A stretch of 64,000 nt of DNA from NCBI GenBank assembly GCA_002269645.1, contig NIVC01000015.1, positions 9,438-73,437 on the forward strand, written 5' to 3'. The notes beneath the pieces were generated by a model, which had not been told where the DNA came from, ran no database searches, and saw only the letters and a list, made by a program, of their open reading frames with translations. The translations under genes and the position numbers were made by a program. Below, in pieces: positions 48,986-60,381 of this stretch. The first letter of the stretch is position 1. The number at the start of each line of letters is the position of its first letter. This DNA comes from Macrostomum lignano (taxonomy: Eukaryota).

Positions 48986-51900
48986 GCCTTAGCGTATGTC
49001 CTAGTACTTCAGCACCATAGTGTTAATAATTATCAGTGAGTATTTATCATGCAGGATAGTGATACCAGCAATCAACAGGTACTAACAGGTATCCATAAGC
49101 TGAACTGAAAAATTAAAAACTGCCTGCAAGTCGTCAACCCCATTAACGGAGTATCGCCCAGACGAGAAAGGAGAGAAAGCGAAAAAAAACTTATTGAAAA
49201 GGCGGACACAAACTGAAAAGTGCAAATCAGAAGGCTTGTTTGGGATAACGACAGGAGATGGGAAGCAGATGATGGTAGGGGAGAGGGGCTATTGGGACAA
49301 ATGAGAATGCAGCAGTCGCAGTTTAAAGAGATGAGGTGGATGATGGGAAAATTAGTGCCAGACTCGCAGCTGCAAATCCCGTGAAAAAGTGCCCCATATT
49401 TTTTCGCCAGTACGCTCGTAAACTGCTGATCTGCCAATGGCCCAACAGTGCTATTCTGCAATACTCAGAATAGCAATAACTTGATGCTGTTGATTCCGTC
49501 TCCCCAAGATTTCTCTAAAGCACAAACCGATACAAAAATGTATATTTACAAAAGCAGAGACTGTTTGGAAGAAAAAAATAGAGGGCCGAAAAAACTTATT
49601 GTATATTTTATTATTGACAGAAGTTCAGGCACACCCAGGCAGACTGCGCAGTTTCTGCACCGCTGTAAGAAATCGAGCAAGTACTGCCCCGCACACACCG
49701 ATACATACGGTTAGTCCAATTAGACTGAATTAGGTCCTCTTTTTAGAAAGTCTCAGCAGATTTTGATATTCGCAGTAGTTTTACATTGTTTCAGCTTGCC
49801 CATACCCTGGCAACTGACTGGCCTGGAAACCTCACTGCCTACCCTGGCTACCTCACTGTCTACCCTGGCTACCTCACTGTCTACCCTGGCTACCTCACTG
49901 TCTACCCTGGCTACCTCACTGTCTACCCTGGCTACCCTCACTGTCTACCCTGGCTACCTCACTGTCTACCCTGGCTACCTCACTGCCTACCCTGGCTACT
50001 TTACTGTCTACCCTGGCTACCTCACTGTCTACCCTGGCTACCCTCACTGTCTACCCTGGCTACCTCACTGTCTACCCTGGCTACCTCACTGTCTACCCTG
50101 GCTACCTCACTGTCTACCCTGGCTACCTCACTGTCTACCCTGGCTACCCTCACTGTCTACCCTGGCTACCTCACTGTCTACCCTGGCTACCTCACTGCCT
50201 ACCCTGGCTACTTTACTGTCTACCCTGGCTACCTCACTGTCTACCCTGGCTACCCTCACTGTCTACCCTGGCTACCTCACTGTCTACCCTGGCTACCTCA
50301 CTGTCTACCCTGGCTACCTCACTGCCTACCCTGGCTACTTTACTGTCTACCCTGGCTACCTCACTGTCTACCCTGGCTACCCTCACTGTCTACCCTGGCT
50401 ACCTCACTGTCTACCCTGGCTACCTCACTGTCTACCCTGGCTACCTCACTGTCTACTCTGGCTACCTTACTGTCTACCCTGGCTGCCTTACTGTCTACCC
50501 TGGCTGCCTCACTGTCTACCCTGGCTACCTCACTGTCTACCCTGAAAACCGCTGTCCATATCCTGGCAACCTTCCTCAAGCAGAAGAATTCGAGTATAAG
50601 AACAGGCACAACCACACTTAAAAGATGCAATATTGTAAGAATCAAATAAAAAAGTCAAACATTTTTTCACATCAAATTGAATCAGACTATTGTAGTTGAC
50701 ACAGCAACCGCGTTATGCTTAGACGAATAAATGGGATTTAGAATACCTGGCCTTGCAATTGTGCTACTTTGCTGCTCAGAGAATTCGCTGCCTCTATCCC
50801 CGTTGCGGCTACTGCTGATGCCACTAGTTGTACTGCTGATGTCATTGCTGCTGCTGCTGCTGTCGGCAATTTTTGTGCTAGCAACGGTGGCACTTGTCAT
50901 CACCGACGGGAAATCACTGGTCGTTAGGGACGCTATAGCGCACAATTTTTAAGCGAGTTATTTTTTTCACGATTGAGACATTAGAAATAGTTGTTTAGAA
51001 AAGAAAGAAAAAATACAGTTTTAGAAAGAAAAATAAATAACTCACTTGCTGTTGTGGCTGTCGTGGTGCTGCTAGTGAATGGCAACGTTGGAGCAACTTC
51101 TGCGGAGTGAAAGTTAGGCATAGAGAATTCAGCATAGTTAAACTGCTTTAGCAACTCATGTGGAAGAATCAGCGTTTGCGAGGAGACGTGAGGTTGGTGA
51201 GGAGGAAATGAGGTTGGTGAAGGAGGGAGTGAGGTTGGTGAGGAGGGAGGGAGTGAGGTTAGTGAGGAGTGAGGTTAGTGAGGAGTGAGGGAGTGAGGAG
51301 TGAGGGAGTGAGGTTAGTGAGGAGGGAGGCGAGGGAGGTAGGTTGGTGATGGGGGAGTGAGGTTAGGGAGGGAGTGAGGTGAGGTTAGTAAGGAGGGAGT
51401 GAGATTAGTGAGGAGGAAGTGAGGTTAGTGAGGAGGGAGGCGAGGGAGGCAGGTTGGTGATGGGGGAATGAGGTTGGTGAGGAGGGATTGAGATTGGTGT
51501 AAAGGACAAGGTTACAACGACTTTCCACCACTTCATAAAATCAAATTCATAAAAGAAAAAATCTTTACTTACTTCTTGACAACACAATATTCATAAAATA
51601 TAGCTGGTTTCCACTAGCCAGCTCACTGCAGTCTTTTGAGGATCTGAGAAGACGATCGTCTGACTTCCCCAATTGATAACAGGCACTTGCAAGCCTGAGT
51701 GGGATGTTCAGCACACAGCGCCCAGTTGCACGGAGTTTCAGCTGATCCCTAATGCTGTTTTTCAGCGATGTATAGCAGTCTCTCAAATTGGAGCTTTCTT
51801 CATTCAGGTCCAAGTTTCTCAAACTGAGACAGGCTGGCAATGCCTGACTGGTGTCATCCAAGCTGCATTGATCTGAGCTACCAATAGGCAAAGGCAGATA

Positions 51901-52086
51901 CTCAATGCGATCAATTGACTCAGTAGAAGACAATTCTGGACATGGGACAAGAATGCTATCTTGGTTAGGACAGACAGTCAAGTTGCATAAGCTGCCAATC
52001 TGTTGACACTGGCTAGCAGCTGGGGTGGACACAGCTTGAGTTGATAGAGGAAGCAGAAGCCAAGGTAAAAACAACCATGCAAACAT
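31934..52086 (-). CDS. Adhesion GPCR (GAIN/GPS + secretin-like 7TM); exons 52086-51573, 51099-51046, 50932-50747, 46378-46173, 37273-36910, 35600-34744, 34146-33490, 32359-31934 (about 1087 aa)
   Basis: Signal peptide [18 protein letters not shown], Cys-rich domain, Ser/Thr stalk, helical GAIN-A-like exon, GPS CSCEHL|[10 protein letters not shown]3 [10 protein letters not shown]7 [10 protein letters not shown]. All seven junctions are GT-AG and phase-compatible (1,1,1,0,1,0,0). The four 3' junctions are firm. Linkage of the 5' exons rests on phase and architecture, and extra exons in 37274-46172 cannot be excluded. Confidence 0.85.
32425..33438. repeat. 21-bp minisatellite CTGACACATTCCTATCCGATT (adhesion GPCR last intron)
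   Basis: About 48 copies, with a TCTCTAA variant block on the 33230-33438 side. Confidence 0.93.
34275..34700. repeat. Degenerate about 21-bp repeat CTCACCTCTATTCCGTCTAAT
   Basis: Tandem decayed copies in adhesion GPCR intron 6. Confidence 0.8.
35721..35960 (+). mobile_element. tRNA-derived SINE with CORE/Meta-like central domain (antisense in adhesion GPCR intron 5)
   Basis: tRNA-like head GCAGCCTAGTGCTTAGAGC (A box-like) and GGTTCGATTCC (B box), followed by TGTGTCCTTGAGCAAGGCACTTAAC...CACCCAGCTGTAAAAAGGG, typical of conserved SINE central domains. 3' end approximate. Confidence 0.7.
36639..36891. repeat. 23-bp minisatellite CTGATTACCAGATCAGCGCACAC x11
   Basis: 253 bp = 11 units, beginning 18 nt inside adhesion GPCR intron 5. 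Confidence 0.93.
37357..37680. repeat. 23-bp minisatellite CAACTGAATGTACATAGGCTAGT
   Basis: About 14 copies. Confidence 0.92.
38675..41085. repeat. 19-20-bp minisatellite TTTTAGCGCCGCAGACTAGA
   Basis: About 120 copies with an internal block duplication. Confidence 0.96.
42560..43735. repeat. (GATA)n microsatellite
   Basis: About 1.2 kb of AGAT with GGAT/GAGA interruptions. Confidence 0.97.
44330..44825. repeat. CT-rich about 30-bp repeat
   Basis: CTCCCTCCTCTCCTTCCTCTTCT-type units. Confidence 0.88.
46490..47080. repeat. 20-bp minisatellite CAGTACCCATTTTGGCACTC
   Basis: About 29 copies. Confidence 0.92.
47779..48035. mobile_element. Degenerate Charlie-like MITE related to 53981-54966
   Basis: Starts CAGGGGTTCGGCAAAC and ends CTGGCCCTTGAGGTAAAAAT, matching the subterminal CTGGCCCTTAAGGTAAAAAT at about 54933-54952. 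Right TIR missing. Confidence 0.45.
48645..48988. repeat. (GTCT)n microsatellite
   Basis: Direct inspection. Confidence 0.95.
49825..50543. repeat. 21-22-bp minisatellite CCTCACTGTCTACCCTGGCTA
   Basis: About 33 copies. Confidence 0.93.
51183..51495. repeat. Purine-rich GTGAGGAGGGAGTGAGGTT repeat
   Basis: Degenerate copies in adhesion GPCR intron 1. Confidence 0.8.
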
Positions 52087-53532
52087 TAGCGACAGTTTAT
52101 TTGTAGTATGTATCATTTTGTCTTCTTCAGCTTAATAGCAGGCATGAAAAATTAAATTCAAAGCACTAATATCAACTTATTCATGATGAAGATTAGTAGC
52201 ATAAACAAAATAGAATTATTATTAGTGAAGGAATACATGAATTTACTAAAATTATGTTATATAAAATCAAACAAAGAAAATCTAATAAAATTAATATATG
52301 ATACTTTAAATAGATAAGGGTTAAAGATTAGTCCAACTTGTACTACATAAAATAATAACATTAACAATAACAACTTCTATTTTATAACTTTTAACTACAA
52401 AGACAAAAATGTCAAAAGATTCATAAAATATTATGAAATTAATAAATTTTCCTGTTATATAAATATATAATTTTTATAGATACTAATATATCAATATATT
52501 TAGAATCATAATTTCTATTAGAAAACAAATAGAAATATTAGTTGCCTCTTTGCAAGGCTCAAATTAAATTGGAATGGCCATAGCCCATATGTATGGCTTT
52601 ATTTTTACACTAAAAACAGTTTAAAACCCTATCTTAAATGCCATAGTAGACATAATTTTAAGATATCATAGTCATAAGTTCAAGAAATAATTTTGGTCAT
52701 TCAAAGCAAAGGTAGTTAACTCGAGACAAGATCGGCTTTGAAGCCTGTATGCTGCTGTATTCGCATGCCTTTATCTTTAATTAGACCGTTAAGACACCGT
52801 GCATGAAAAGCGTGGAGAAGTGGTTCGCGGAAAACTATACTTTTGAATTATCGAAGCGTATAAAAGTGTTTATCACGTTACAACCTAAAAAGTTTTTGAA
52901 AAAACTATTTAAAGGTTAATAAAAGTAATATTGCAGCACACTAGCGCAATAACTAGTTTAAGGTTATGACACTTTGTTTAACTTACCTTCAATCTCATTC
53001 CGTTAAAGTTTTTTGATTTTCACAATTTTTGTCAGGCGGCTATTTCACATGTGACTCTTTTGAGTTTTAAAAGAACTATTTCATTCGATAGTGACTTTAA
53101 GGTTGAGTAGCACTATTTTTTACGAAAAATCCACGTCAGGTTTGGGGATTTAACTTAACCCAACCGGATTTCGTTATTCTAGAAATAAAAGGCAAATCAA
53201 AATTCTAGTGACACACAGTGACAAAATATAAGCATCATCTGATGGTGTCTTTTAATGCATGTGTCAAAATGAAACAAAACAATTTTTCAAAACAATTTTA
53301 ACTGACATGTAAACATTAAAGCGTTTAATTTCTTAGTTGCATTTTGACACTTATCAATTTGATTTTAGTTTAATTCTTCCATTTTGTTTCATTTAATTTA
53401 GTTTAATTTAACTAAATTAGTTAAACCTCAGTTTAACTAATTGAGGTTTACTCAGTTTTACTGAGGTGAACTCAGTTTAACAAACCTTAGTTTAACCTCA
53501 TCGTTTTAATTTTTTAAAAGGGTCACAGCTTG

Positions 53533-55190
53533 CAGCGGTGTCGGAACATATTTCAAAGTGGGGGGGGCTATTGGTGGGAGGGCACATTGCACATAATTTC
53601 TTTTAATCTAAGGGCACCCAAACTCCTGCAGTTATTTCAGTTTGTGAAATTGTGACAACCAGGCCGATATTCAATTCTGTGTTGGAAGTGGACAAGTCTG
53701 AAAATGTTCAAATTTTCAACTGATTCAAACATTGCGCAACTGCAATTGCGAAAATTGCATTATCAATTTCTTTAGTAAATATCTCAAATGAATGAAAATT
53801 GCAAGGGCAAGACCAGTAGTTTTCTGGTTCTCTACTTCAGTTCCTCTTGGTGCTGACTCTATTCTTTTAGCTGACGGTATTTTAGTGATTTTTGGTTGCA
53901 GCGCTGCAGCAGCAGCTTGGGATTGCGGCGGACTCGGAATTTCGATCAGAGACGCCAAAGCGAAACGGTAAACACAAAAACAGGGGTCAGCAAACTCCGG
54001 CCTGAGGGCCAAATGTGGCCTGCAAAGCCTCTGATCTCTGTCCGGCCCTCGGATCCTTTAAATCTTCACAATAGCAATCCGGCCCACTCGATGTTTGTCT
54101 CTTCTCAGCTCTCTTTCCTCAGCTCTCTCTTCTCATATTATCTCCTCTCCTCTCTCCTCTCATCTCATCTCCTCACCTATCTCCTCTCCTCTCTCTTTTT
54201 CTCTTCTCACCTCTCTCCTCTCCTCTCCTCTCATCTCCTCACCTATCTCCTCTCCTCTTCTCTCCTCTCCTCACATATCTCCTCTCTCCTCTCCTCTCCT
54301 GTCCTCTCTCCTCTCCTCTCCTGTCCTCTCTCCTCTCCTCTCCTCTCCTCTCTCCTCTCATCTCATCTCCTCACCTATCTCTTCTCCTCTCTCCTTTCCT
54401 CTTCTCACCTCTCTCCCCTCCTCTCCTCTCATCTCCTCACCTATCTCCTCTCCTCTCCTCTCCTCTCCTCTCCTCTCCTCACATATCTCCTCTCTCCTCT
54501 CCTCACCTATCTCCTCTCCTCTCTCCTTTCCTCTTCTTACCTCTCCTTTTCCTCCCCTCTCCTCTCCTCTCCTCTCCTCTCCTCTCTCCTCTTTTACCAT
54601 CTCCTCTCCTCTCTTAGCTCGTATCATCTCTCAAATCCCTTTTCCTCTCCATTCTCTTCACCTTCCCTCCATCTCTCCTCTCTCTTAAATCTCGACTCTC
54701 CTCATTCATCTCCCCTCTTCTATTTTATCTCTCTTCTCGTCTACTCTCTTCTCCTTTATTCTTTAGCCTCTCCTTTCTCCTACGCTCGTACTCGTACAGT
54801 TCTCTTCTCTATTCCCTATCCTCTCCCTTCTCTTGCCTGCAATCACCAGGGACTCCTGGGCGCGTTTCATTTAGGGGGCCCAGGGAAGCAGACCCAGAAG
54901 GGCAGTCATTGCGCCGCGCTAGGTTTATTAATCTGGCCCTTAAGGTAAAAATTTTGCTGACCCCTGCACTAAAAGCACTAGGCTTAGGCACATTAGATAA
55001 AACTGTAGTGAATGGGATTGAGAACAACATTAACTATTATATCAGCCCTTAGCTTCTAAGACTCAGAAAAGCCAAAGCCGAAAACCGGCCGACACTTGCT
55101 TAAAATTCAAAAAGGGCACTTGCTGGATCATGCTAAAAAGTGAGGGGGCTCCAGCCCCCCCCCCGTGCCCTCCCGGTTCCGACACCCCTG
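53533..55190. mobile_element. Outer hAT-like MITE hosting the 53981-54966 element
   Basis: Termini CAGCGGTGTCGGAAC and GTTCCGACACCCCTG (14/15 inverted match) with subterminal G and C runs. CAGCTTG occurs on both flanks but offset, so the TSD is imperfect. Confidence 0.7.
53981..54966. mobile_element. Non-autonomous hAT (Charlie-like) MITE
   Basis: Perfect 14-bp TIR CAGGGGTCAGCAAA / TTTGCTGACCCCTG. The 8-bp flanks CACAAAAA and CACTAAAA (7/8 identical) form a TSD. Interior largely a CT-rich simple repeat. Confidence 0.85.
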
Positions 55191-55380
55191 AGTCAGCTTG
55201 CTGATAAGTAATTTTTCGTACATTTTACATTAGTCGCGTAGTGTGATTTTCGGTAAAAAGAATATCAAAGGATCAAATCTAGTACAGTTGGACCACTAGA
55301 AAAAGTATACTCATCATCGTACACACAATGTTACTGCTACTTTGTGGTCCTTGATCTACATGTCCTTGGTCCTTGGTCCT

Positions 55381-56139
55381 TGTCGCCAACGGGGGGGGGA
55401 CAGGGGGACCACATGCCCCCAGTAAAAGATCTTGGGGGATACAATTTGTCCCGCAGTACCCCACCTTGCATTTGTGACCCCGTAATATATATTTATGGAA
55501 ATCAATAAATTTGCTGCAGGGCGACAAAACATAGTGCTTGCGGCGCTAAAATGAGTGCCTGCCGCGCTAAAATGAGTGCCTGCGGCGCTAAAATGAGTGC
55601 CTGCCGCGCTAAAATGAGTGCCTGCCGCGCTAAAATGAGTGCCTGCCGCGCTAAAATGAGTGCCTGCCGCGCTAAAATGAGTGCCTGCCGCGCTAAAATG
55701 AGTGCCTGCCGCGCTAAAATGAGTGCCTGCCGCGCTAAAATGAGTGCCTGCCGCGCTAAAATGAGTGCCTGCCGCGCTAAAATGAGTGCCTGCCGCGCTA
55801 AAATGAGTGCCTGCCGCGCTAAAATGAGTGCCTGCCGCGCTAAAATGAGTGCCTGCCGCGCTAAAATGAGTGCCTGCCGCGCTAAAATGAGTGCCTGCCG
55901 CGCTAAAATGAGTGCCTGCCGCGCTAAAATGAGTGCCTGCCGCGCTAAAATGAGTGCCTGCCGCGCTAAAATGAGTGCAGCTGCAGCGCTAAACTGAGTG
56001 CGCCTGCGGCGCTAAAAAATCAGTGCTAACAACACCGATTCTGAAAATATTGTATACATGTAAAGAATTTAGTAGTCTATGTACATGTATAATTATTGGC
56101 TTTGTCCCCCCCACCATAAAATCCATGGCGACACCCCTG
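55381..56139. mobile_element. hAT-like MITE remnant carrying a 21-bp array
   Basis: Right end ...ATGGCGACACCCCTG (reverse complement CAGGGGTGTCGCCA). Left remnant TGTCGCCA followed by a G run; left TIR truncated. Confidence 0.45.
55540..55985. repeat. 21-bp minisatellite GCGCTAAAATGAGTGCCTGCC
   Basis: About 21 near-perfect copies. Confidence 0.95.
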
Positions 56140-57275
56140 CATGTAACAATTATGTATAGTGCATGTGCAGTAATAATCAATTGCAATTTTTGCTGCAGAT
56201 AATTAGCTCATTAGATCTTTAATTTCGCGTGTGAATAGTTCTAGCTCGATCGGTTGGTTTTGGGAGTGCATAGATAATATATAACTAGTGTAGCTATAGC
56301 CTCTATTCTGGAAGCTTCTGCCACTCTCCCCATATGGCATATACTAAAAATAGTAACATTCTTGAAATTTAATTCTCTCGCGCATCCCAAGGCTATACTA
56401 GATGTAAAAGCACCCCTACTTTACTAAAACCAAGACTCTCTCTCTTCTCTGTCTCACTAGCTCGGATTGCTACTTGCGCTTATAATGCAAATACACACTT
56501 CTCCTCTCTGCCGAGCACTCTGTCGGCCTGGTAAACGTACTAACCAATCGAAGTCTGTTCGTTCGATCTATTTACCAGAAATACAACAGTGTAACCCCAG
56601 GGACGCTTAAAAAATTAATGCGCTTATGAAATTTCGTCAAAAGAGTTCAACAGCTCATCCAGCACTTCATTAGTTTAAACTAATGATCACAAAAACACAA
56701 TTGTGCAAAAACGAGTGAGCTCATCGTCAAACTGTTCAGCCGATACATTTACACTCACAGGTACAAAGGAAATATATATGTACTTAGCAATAAGAATAAT
56801 TTAAAATTTGCACCTAAGAAAGGAGTTTTTAAAAAGTGTAGTCATGCAAGACTGAAAAACAGAAGCCAATATTACATCTTCTTTTGTTAAAATTTTTTAA
56901 ACCGAAAACTTTGTCTTTTAAAATAACAGTCTCATAGTACTAAGTTTCAATTGGCCTAATTCATCACGCAGTTGAGTTGATTGTCTGACTCCCTTGTCTG
57001 AAAGTATAGTCCATTTTATTTATAAGTCATATATACACTAGTTATGTCAACTTACTAACTTGTTTTTTTAGCTAATTTTTTAATTAATAAACGTGATAGT
57101 GATCTTGTATTATTAGGCTAGTGGTTAGGCCTGGCCTGATATAGTGATATAGTATAGGCCGACATTGTTAGTTATTGATTGATACTAGCTAAAAAGAGTT
57201 AAGCCTGTAACAGTAGGCATAGTCGAGAAGAATCAATTAGTCAATAACAAAATACAAAAGCTTGCATTCTTAAAT

Positions 57276-60240
57276 ATGATTATTTCTAAAGAGGAAGCTG
57301 CTAAAATTCTCTGTGTTTTACCAGGTAAGCCAAGGTGTCAATCTAATTATGCCATGGTACCAATTATATTTAGCCTAGTCCAAACTCTTTAAATAGTAAA
57401 AATATTCAAGAGGGCCTATTCTTAGCATTAGGCCATTATATAGGCGTATATTGCATGTTGCTTAGGTAACTAAGATTTTTGGGATAGGTTCTATCATCTA
57501 TGTATAGGTTTTATTTTACTCTTAGTCTTAAGTTTTTAAATTCTAATTAGAAAGTTGATGATACTCTATCAATTTTCCCTTTTGTGTGTTAAATATATTT
57601 GAATAAAATCTAAAAAATAATAGTTAATATAATAAGAAAGATTTAATTAACTAGGCCTAACTAATCTATATGCTTATTTATTTATTTTTCTATAATGGGC
57701 CTATGCTTTTTATAAATGCATTTTGTCATTGTGTGCCTTTAAGCTACTTAAGGCTTAATAGGGGGATTTAAGAAGCTAATTCAAGCCCTACCTTTAAGCA
57801 ACAATAACTATTTAAAATACCTAGTTAGGCTAGATTAAAATAATGAAATGTCTAAGAATTAATAGATCTCGACTTTTAAGTCTATGTCTTTACAAATATA
57901 GACAAATCATTTGAACCTCATATCTAATGTCTAAGCTAGTCTTCTAAGAGATACATTAGCTATCAAAGAAATATACTGTATTAATATATTGAATCTATTG
58001 TTTTTTGTTTTATATTTAGTGGCTATATTAATTTTAAAATCTTCAACCATTGAAAATAGATTCAGAAAGTCAAAGTTCCTTTAACTACTATGAATTTTAA
58101 TGCCTTTGTGTGACTGAAAACACTACATAGTATCTATTTTTATATAATTATCTTTCTTTAGTATAATGATCAATCTCAAATATAGTCAATTGCAAAAAAA
58201 GTATAATTGTCTCTGTTAGTTGGAAATTTTAATAATTAAATTATTTTTTTATTATTTATAGATGCCTCTGAGACAGAGATCAAGTCTGCATACCGCAGGC
58301 TAGCACTGCAGTATCATCCAGACAAATGCCTGCCAGAAGAACAAGAAGCTGCTACTAAGGTTTGTTAGCAATAGAATTCATGAGTCTGAAATTTTTCTGA
58401 TAGAACTCTTTACATTCCTCAATGGTATACAACTTTACAATCTCTACTGACATCAAACTACCTTCCTTATTGACATCTATCCGACTCCACCTTCCCCACT
58501 GACATCCAACTCCACTTTCCCCACTGACATCCGACTCCACCTTCCCCACTGACATCCAACTCCACTTTCCCCACTGACATCCAACTCCACCTTCCCCACT
58601 GACATCCAACTCCACCTTCCCCACTGACATCCAACTTATTTTGACACAGACATGCTGAGCTTTTACTTTTGCCACAAATTAATGCTTGATATTTGCACAA
58701 TCCACTTGCTCCAACATTCCTCTCGTAGAAGTTCCAAGAAATTTCCCTAGCCTACAAGAAACTGACCAGCACCGACGATGAAGTTGACCGTTTGAAGGAT
58801 AAATTTATGAATCCGGAATTCATCTGGTTACTGATTGATGCCATGACTAGGACAGATTGTGAGCCATATCTCATTGCTTACTTGAGTTGCAAAAAGACTT
58901 TCCTGCAACTTTTAATTAATCGATTTCGCACATTCCAGTTTCAGTTCTGTTTTTCTTTATGAACCACTCGGAGGATGTTGATGATTTTTATTGCGATGAC
59001 GAAGATGAGGACTATTCTGACGGTGAGCGAGCATTTGTATTCCATGCGAACTTTTCTCTGTGAGATTATTCAAGTCTGACCCAGTTTTATTGGATATGAC
59101 TGAAGGTCCGTCTGCTTAGGATTTGGGGACAACAGCCTCAGAATCTGAAGGTCCGTCTGCTTAGGGTGTGAGGACAGCAGCCTCAGAATCTGAAGGTCCG
59201 TCTGCTTAGAGTTTGGGGACAGCAGCCTCAGAATCTGAAGGTCCGTCTGCTTAGAGTTTGGGGACAACAGCCTCAGAATCTGAAGGTCCGTCTGCTTAGA
59301 GTTTGGGGACAGCAGCCTCAGAATCTGAAGGTCCGTCTGCTTAGAGTTTGGGGACAGCAGCCTCAGAATCTGAAGGTCCGTCTGCTTAGAGTTTGGGGAC
59401 AGCAGCCTCAGGATCTGAAGGTCCGTCATTAGTATACGGTCAGCTTCAATTCAATATTATTCTCGCTCGCAAACACGCAGACAGCGACAGCAGCTTCAAT
59501 GACAACCCCAATTGGTACGAGTACTATCAATATCGCAGGCAATACCGGGATCAGAACTCCCCGATTACGCGTTTCAGCACTCTGTCGCCTGAGGTGAGTG
59601 TTGTGGGTTAAAGGAATTGTACTCATTCGTCTACTGATAAGTAGAAAGTATAGAGTGTGGCACTAAAAGCTTGCATTTCTGCACAAAGAAAAAGGTTCCG
59701 TTTAGTATAGTTTAATTAATAGGTGGTCCGATAGAACAGCCGAGGACAGAAACTGGTCGCGGGTTCGATTCCACTTTTAGCTGACTGATGACGCAACCAA
59801 ATTGATTCATAATTCTTCGGTCCTCGGACCCGCAGGAGGCGGAAAAGCAGGCGAAGGAGCTGATCGAAGCGGAGGAGCGGGAGAAGCGTCGAGCCCAGCG
59901 TAAACAGGAGAAGCGTCGTAAGAAGCGTCAAAGGCGTGGCAAGAAGAAGCAGGAGCAGCAGCAACAGCAGGCGGCGGCGGCGGACTTGGCTGCCAAAAAG
60001 CAGGCGGCGACGGACTTGGCTGCCAAAAAGCAGGCGGCGGCGGACTTGGCTGCCAAAAAGCAGCAGCAGGAGAAAACTGCTGCTGCCGCTGCCACTGCGC
60101 CAGTAAAATCGCATGGGAGGAAAGATTCTGGCGAAGGTGGTCAGCAGCTAGGAGCTACGGCTGCCACTGACGATTCAAAGGATCAGGATGCATGCTCCGG
60201 TTCTAGTGGGGAAGATAGTTCTACTGGCGATATTGAAGAG
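57276..60240 (+). CDS. J-domain (DnaJ/Hsp40 type C) protein with acidic tract and charged coiled coil; exons 57276-57324, 58262-58359, 58729-58858, 58939-59022, 59481-59593, 59836-60240; 3' end not found in window
   Basis: Spliced product MIISKEEAAKILCVLP|DASETEIKSAYRRLALQYHPDKCLPEEQEAATK|KFQEISLAYKKL has an intact HPD motif. It continues with DDFYCDDEDEDYSD|DSDSS and LSPE|EAEKQAKELIEAEEREKRRAQRKQEKRRKKRQR. Junctions are GT-AG and phase-compatible; the end of exon 3 is less certain. Confidence 0.82.
58485..58635. repeat. 25-bp minisatellite CCCCACTGACATCCAACTCCACCTT
   Basis: About 6 copies in J-protein intron 2. Confidence 0.88.
59098..59426. repeat. 45-bp minisatellite TCTGAAGGTCCGTCTGCTTAGAGTTTGGGGACAGCAGCCTCAGAA
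   Basis: About 7 copies in J-protein intron 4. Confidence 0.92.
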
Positions 60241-60381
60241 GTAATAAAGACGGTATTTACTATTTGGTTTGTTTTTATGCGTTATGATTCGCTAGACCTG
60301 TTCTCAAGGTGAAGAACAGAAGAAAAAACGCGTGTTCAAATCTGGACAGATGATTTTTTTGAAAATTTGGGGTGGGGGGGT

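Noticed and set aside
45314-49430. Additional candidate minus-strand exons for the adhesion GPCR (about 45350-45440, 47560-47745, 48400-48550, 49070-49430)
   Set aside because: Each has a possible AG or GT but no recognisable product, or lacks a compatible partner site; the model closes in phase without them.
59720-59780. B box GGGTTCGATTCC as a tRNA or SINE
   Set aside because: Too short and degenerate; no clear A box or body.
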